Shown piece after piece: positions 61,519-64,000 of a DNA stretch of 64,000 nucleotides; the stretch's first letter is position 1, and each line of letters begins with the position of its first letter. The notes beneath the pieces were generated by a model. That model was given only the letters and a program-made list of their open reading frames with translations, did not search any database and was not told where the DNA came from. Origin of the DNA: Candidatus Thioglobus pontius (GTDB taxonomy: Bacteria > Pseudomonadota > Gammaproteobacteria > PS1 > Pseudothioglobaceae). The DNA lies in contig JACNGB010000020.1 in assembly GCA_014384345.1 (NCBI GenBank), positions 14,641 to 78,640 of the forward strand, read 5' to 3'. The translations under genes and the position numbers were made by a program.

Positions 61519-62187
61519 TTACTCGTCGCCTTTGTCTTCTTCAGCAGCATCATCGCCAGCCACTTCTGTTTCAGGTGCAACTGGTGCGTCATCTTCAACT
61601 TTAGCCATAATCTTAGCCTCTTGAATAGCCACAACACTTTGGTCGTGCGCTTCAATATCGCCATGCGTTAGGGCTGTTAATGTAACGCCTTTAGGTAGGT
61701 CTAAGCCAGTTAAGCTAACATGGCCGCCCATTTCTAAGTTGGTAATATCAACATCAATTGACGTTGGTAAGTCAGCTGGTAAACAAGAGACTTCCACAGT
61801 AGTAACAAACTGGTTAACAATAGCACCCAAACGTACGCTTTCATTTTCATCGCCACCAATAAAGTGTAATGGAATGTTGGTTACTAGTGCTTGCTTTAAG
61901 TTAATGCGTAAGAAGTCAACATGAGTCACAATGTTTTTAGCAGGGTGACGCTGTAAATCTTTAATGATAACAGCTTCCTTTTTCTTGCCAACCATTAAAT
62001 CAAGTACAGAAGTGTACGAGGTTTCATCTTCTAATAAGTGTGTAACCTCATGAAGGCCTAAGGTAATGTTGGTTGGTGCTTTGCCTGCGCCATAAATAAT
62101 AGCAGGGACTTTTTCAGCGTGACGCAGGCGGCGGCTCGCACCTTTACCTTGATCTTCACGCACTGTTGCGTTAATTGTTAAACTCAT
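61519..62187 (-). CDS. rplY: 50S ribosomal protein L25 / general stress protein Ctc (long form)
   Basis: REDQGKGASRRLR N-terminus, two-domain length (222 aa) and an acidic tail. Confidence 0.92.
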   Translation of the reverse strand: MSLTINATVREDQGKGASRRLRHAEKVPAIIYGAGKAPTNITLGLHEVTHLLEDETSYTSVLDLMVGKKKEAVIIKDLQRHPAKNIVTHVDFLRINLKQALVTNIPLHFIGGDENESVRLGAIVNQFVTTVEVSCLPADLPTSIDVDITNLEMGGHVSLTGLDLPKGVTLTALTHGDIEAHDQSVVAIQEAKIMAKVEDDAPVAPETEVAGDDAAEEDKGDE

Positions 62188-62306
62188 GTTTGTACTCCTA
62201 AAAATAAAAAAAACACCAAAACAAGGTGTTATAGCTTAGTTCGTATATTTTGCGACCAAATATACCAAGGCGTTAATTTTACCTTAAATAATATTGATTG
62301 GTTGAG

Positions 62307-63911
62307 CTATCTAGATTTTAGCCAAAAAATCATTGCAACCGTTGCACTGATTGCGCTAGCTACCCATAACTGATTGACTACAAGCACGCCGCCTAAAATC
62401 AATAATGATCCTGCAAAAATGGCTGAGGTTTGTTTGTTGGCATTGTCCTGGAGTTGCTCAACAATTTTTTGAGTTTGTTGTGCCTGGAGTTTGCCCATGT
62501 CTTTCATTTTGCCTAGTTGCTTTAATGCATTAATGGTCAATGCAGGTAGCTCAGGAATTTCTTTTAATAATTCTGGCGCTTGTTCTTTTAATTTTTCAAA
62601 GGTATTTTTCACACTATATCTCTCTTTCATTAAGTCTTCTAAAAAGGGTTTGGCAGTAGACCATAAGTCTAGTTCTGGGTAGAGTTGTCTGCCTAGGCCT
62701 TCAATATTTAATAGGGTTTTGTCTAATAATAACAGTTGTGGCTGGACTTGGATGTCAAAATTCTTCGCCTCTTGAATTAAGTCTAATAATACTTGGCCAA
62801 AGGATATTTCTCCCAAGGGTTTGTCAAACATTGGGGCGCAAATTTTTTGTACGGCTGCCTCGAATGCTTGTTCGTCAGTATGAGCACCAACCCAGCCAGA
62901 GTCAATATAGACTTGTGCAACTTTTTGGTAATCTTGGTTGAAAAAAGCTAAAAATATATCGGCCAAAAAGTCTTTATCAGTCTCGCTGAGTGTGCCCATA
63001 ATGCCAAAATCAACCCCAATATATTGACCAGATTCTGAGACAAAAATATTACCAGGATGCATATCAGCATGGAAAAAATTATGCTTAAACACCTGGGTGA
63101 AGAAAATAACCACCCCTTCTTCAGCTAGGCGCTTCATGTCGATATTGTTTGCCTTTAGAGTATCGATTTCACCAATAGGTGTGCCATAAATTCGCTCAGT
63201 TGTCAGTACATTGATGCTGCTGAGCTGGTGATGAACCTTGGGCACATAGAGTAAATTAGAGTCGTTAAAATTATGGCTTAATTTGTCGCAATGCCTGGCT
63301 TCGATGCGCATATCGAGCTCGTCGTTAATAATGGCTTCAAATTCTTCAACCACTTCCGTAGGTCTAATTTTGTATGCCAAGGGATGTCGGTCCATAAGCT
63401 TGGCCAAACTATGCATCAGCTTAATATCCCCTTTGATGAGTGAATCAATATCAGGGCGAACTACCTTAACGACGACTGCCTCACCATCCAATGTTGTTGC
63501 TGTATGGACTTGTGCAATAGAGGCGCTGGCTAAAGGCTGATCATCGAAGGTCTTGAATAGGGATTCAATTTTTCCGCCTAGGGAGTGTTCAATAATGTCT
63601 TTTGCCTCATTAGTGGCAAAAGGTGGGCAGCTGTCCTGCAGTTTTTTAAGCTCTAGACTAATATCCGCGGGCAGTAAATCAGGGCGAGTGGAGAGCGTTT
63701 GACCAAATTTAATATAGATAGGCCCCAATTCTTCAAGCGCCAGTCGAATTCTTTCGCCACGCGTGAATTTCTTAACAGGGAAATAATGCCAAGGTATTAA
63801 ATAAACCAGAGGCTTGAGGTTTTTTAATAAAGGCGTTGACAGTATTAGCGAGTCGAGGCGATACCGCATTAATACTCGAGAGATTTTAAAAAACCTGGCT
63901 AGACCGGACAC
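62307..63911 (-). CDS. ubiB: ubiquinone biosynthesis regulatory kinase-like protein UbiB
   Basis: ABC1/UbiB motifs (FGQTLSTRPDLLP, ASIAQVH, HADMHPGNIF) and C-terminal TM segments. GTG start. Confidence 0.92.
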   Translation of the reverse strand: MSGLARFFKISRVLMRYRLDSLILSTPLLKNLKPLVYLIPWHYFPVKKFTRGERIRLALEELGPIYIKFGQTLSTRPDLLPADISLELKKLQDSCPPFATNEAKDIIEHSLGGKIESLFKTFDDQPLASASIAQVHTATTLDGEAVVVKVVRPDIDSLIKGDIKLMHSLAKLMDRHPLAYKIRPTEVVEEFEAIINDELDMRIEARHCDKLSHNFNDSNLLYVPKVHHQLSSINVLTTERIYGTPIGEIDTLKANNIDMKRLAEEGVVIFFTQVFKHNFFHADMHPGNIFVSESGQYIGVDFGIMGTLSETDKDFLADIFLAFFNQDYQKVAQVYIDSGWVGAHTDEQAFEAAVQKICAPMFDKPLGEISFGQVLLDLIQEAKNFDIQVQPQLLLLDKTLLNIEGLGRQLYPELDLWSTAKPFLEDLMKERYSVKNTFEKLKEQAPELLKEIPELPALTINALKQLGKMKDMGKLQAQQTQKIVEQLQDNANKQTSAIFAGSLLILGGVLVVNQLWVASAISATVAMIFWLKSR

Positions 63912-63912
63912 G

Positions 63913-64000
63913 TTAATGCTTGTTGTTTTTGTAGGTTTTAGACACGCTTGGGTTGATTAAAAAATTACTAACACTGTCTTTTAAGGCCTCTAAAGGATTG
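63913..64000 (-). CDS. 3' end of the upstream minus-strand gene (possibly ubiJ by ubiE-ubiJ-ubiB synteny)
   Basis: The frame is open to the window edge and ends ...NPSVSKTYKNNKH*. The stop lies 1 nt before the ubiB GTG. Identity is inferred from gene order only. Confidence 0.3.
   Translation of the reverse strand, partial: NPLEALKDSVSNFLINPSVSKTYKNNKH

Noticed and set aside
62206-62230. Short hairpin AACACC-N7-GGTGTT with a T8 tail (minus strand) between ubiB and rplY, considered as a ubiB terminator
   Set aside because: The stem is only 6 bp, and it sits about 20 nt from the rplY start, where the rplY leader must also lie. Its function is ambiguous.

Overview
64-kb chromosomal window from an AT-rich gammaproteobacterium, roughly 40% GC by eye. 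The gene content includes phosphoribulokinase, Rpe, cytochrome bc1, SspAB, UbiB and UbiTUV. This fits a Thiomicrospira/Thiotrichales-like chemolithoautotroph, but the taxon is inference only. I can support about 70 protein genes and one tRNA-Leu(GAG). I saw no rRNA, CRISPR array, transposase, integrase or phage genes.

Most of the window is housekeeping. It includes purC, metA, mutY, ribF, pyrC, anmK, secA, petABC, sspAB, bioD, pyrD, leuS, prk and the origin-proximal block gyrB-recF-dnaN-dnaA. It also includes tpiA-secG-tRNA-Leu, tsf-rpsB, rpe, gpmI, ychF-pth-rplY and ubiB.

Two blocks look non-core.

(i) 31.9-47.8 kb starts 2 nt after the tRNA-Leu 3' end. It holds two paralogous EnvZ/OmpR-like two-component systems. 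Each is divergent from an envelope operon that contains a paralogous cytochrome-c'-like haem protein. The larger operon also encodes Met/His-rich periplasmic repeat proteins, a glycine-zipper protein and cytochrome b561. It continues with a COG1033-type RND exporter, a LolA-like protein and a DUF1302-like beta-barrel. The block ends with an apparently very highly expressed bipartite-repeat secreted protein that I cannot assign to any family.

(ii) 47.8-55.4 kb is an anaerobic module: yhcC-ubiU-ubiV, ubiT with a Cys-rich ORF and a TauD-like dioxygenase, and nrdD-nrdG. All three promoters carry the same TTGAT-N4-GTCAA FNR-type box at about -41.5.

The most checkable oddity is in nrdD. Its glycyl-radical C-terminus (RVMGY) lies in the +1 frame after two A7 runs. 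This is either a homopolymer frameshift or a stand-alone 50-aa radical peptide.

Other points are a DnaA-box cluster in the dnaA-dnaN spacer, ribosomal protein S2 with a C-terminal HeH-like extension, and a class-1B-type pyrD without pyrK.
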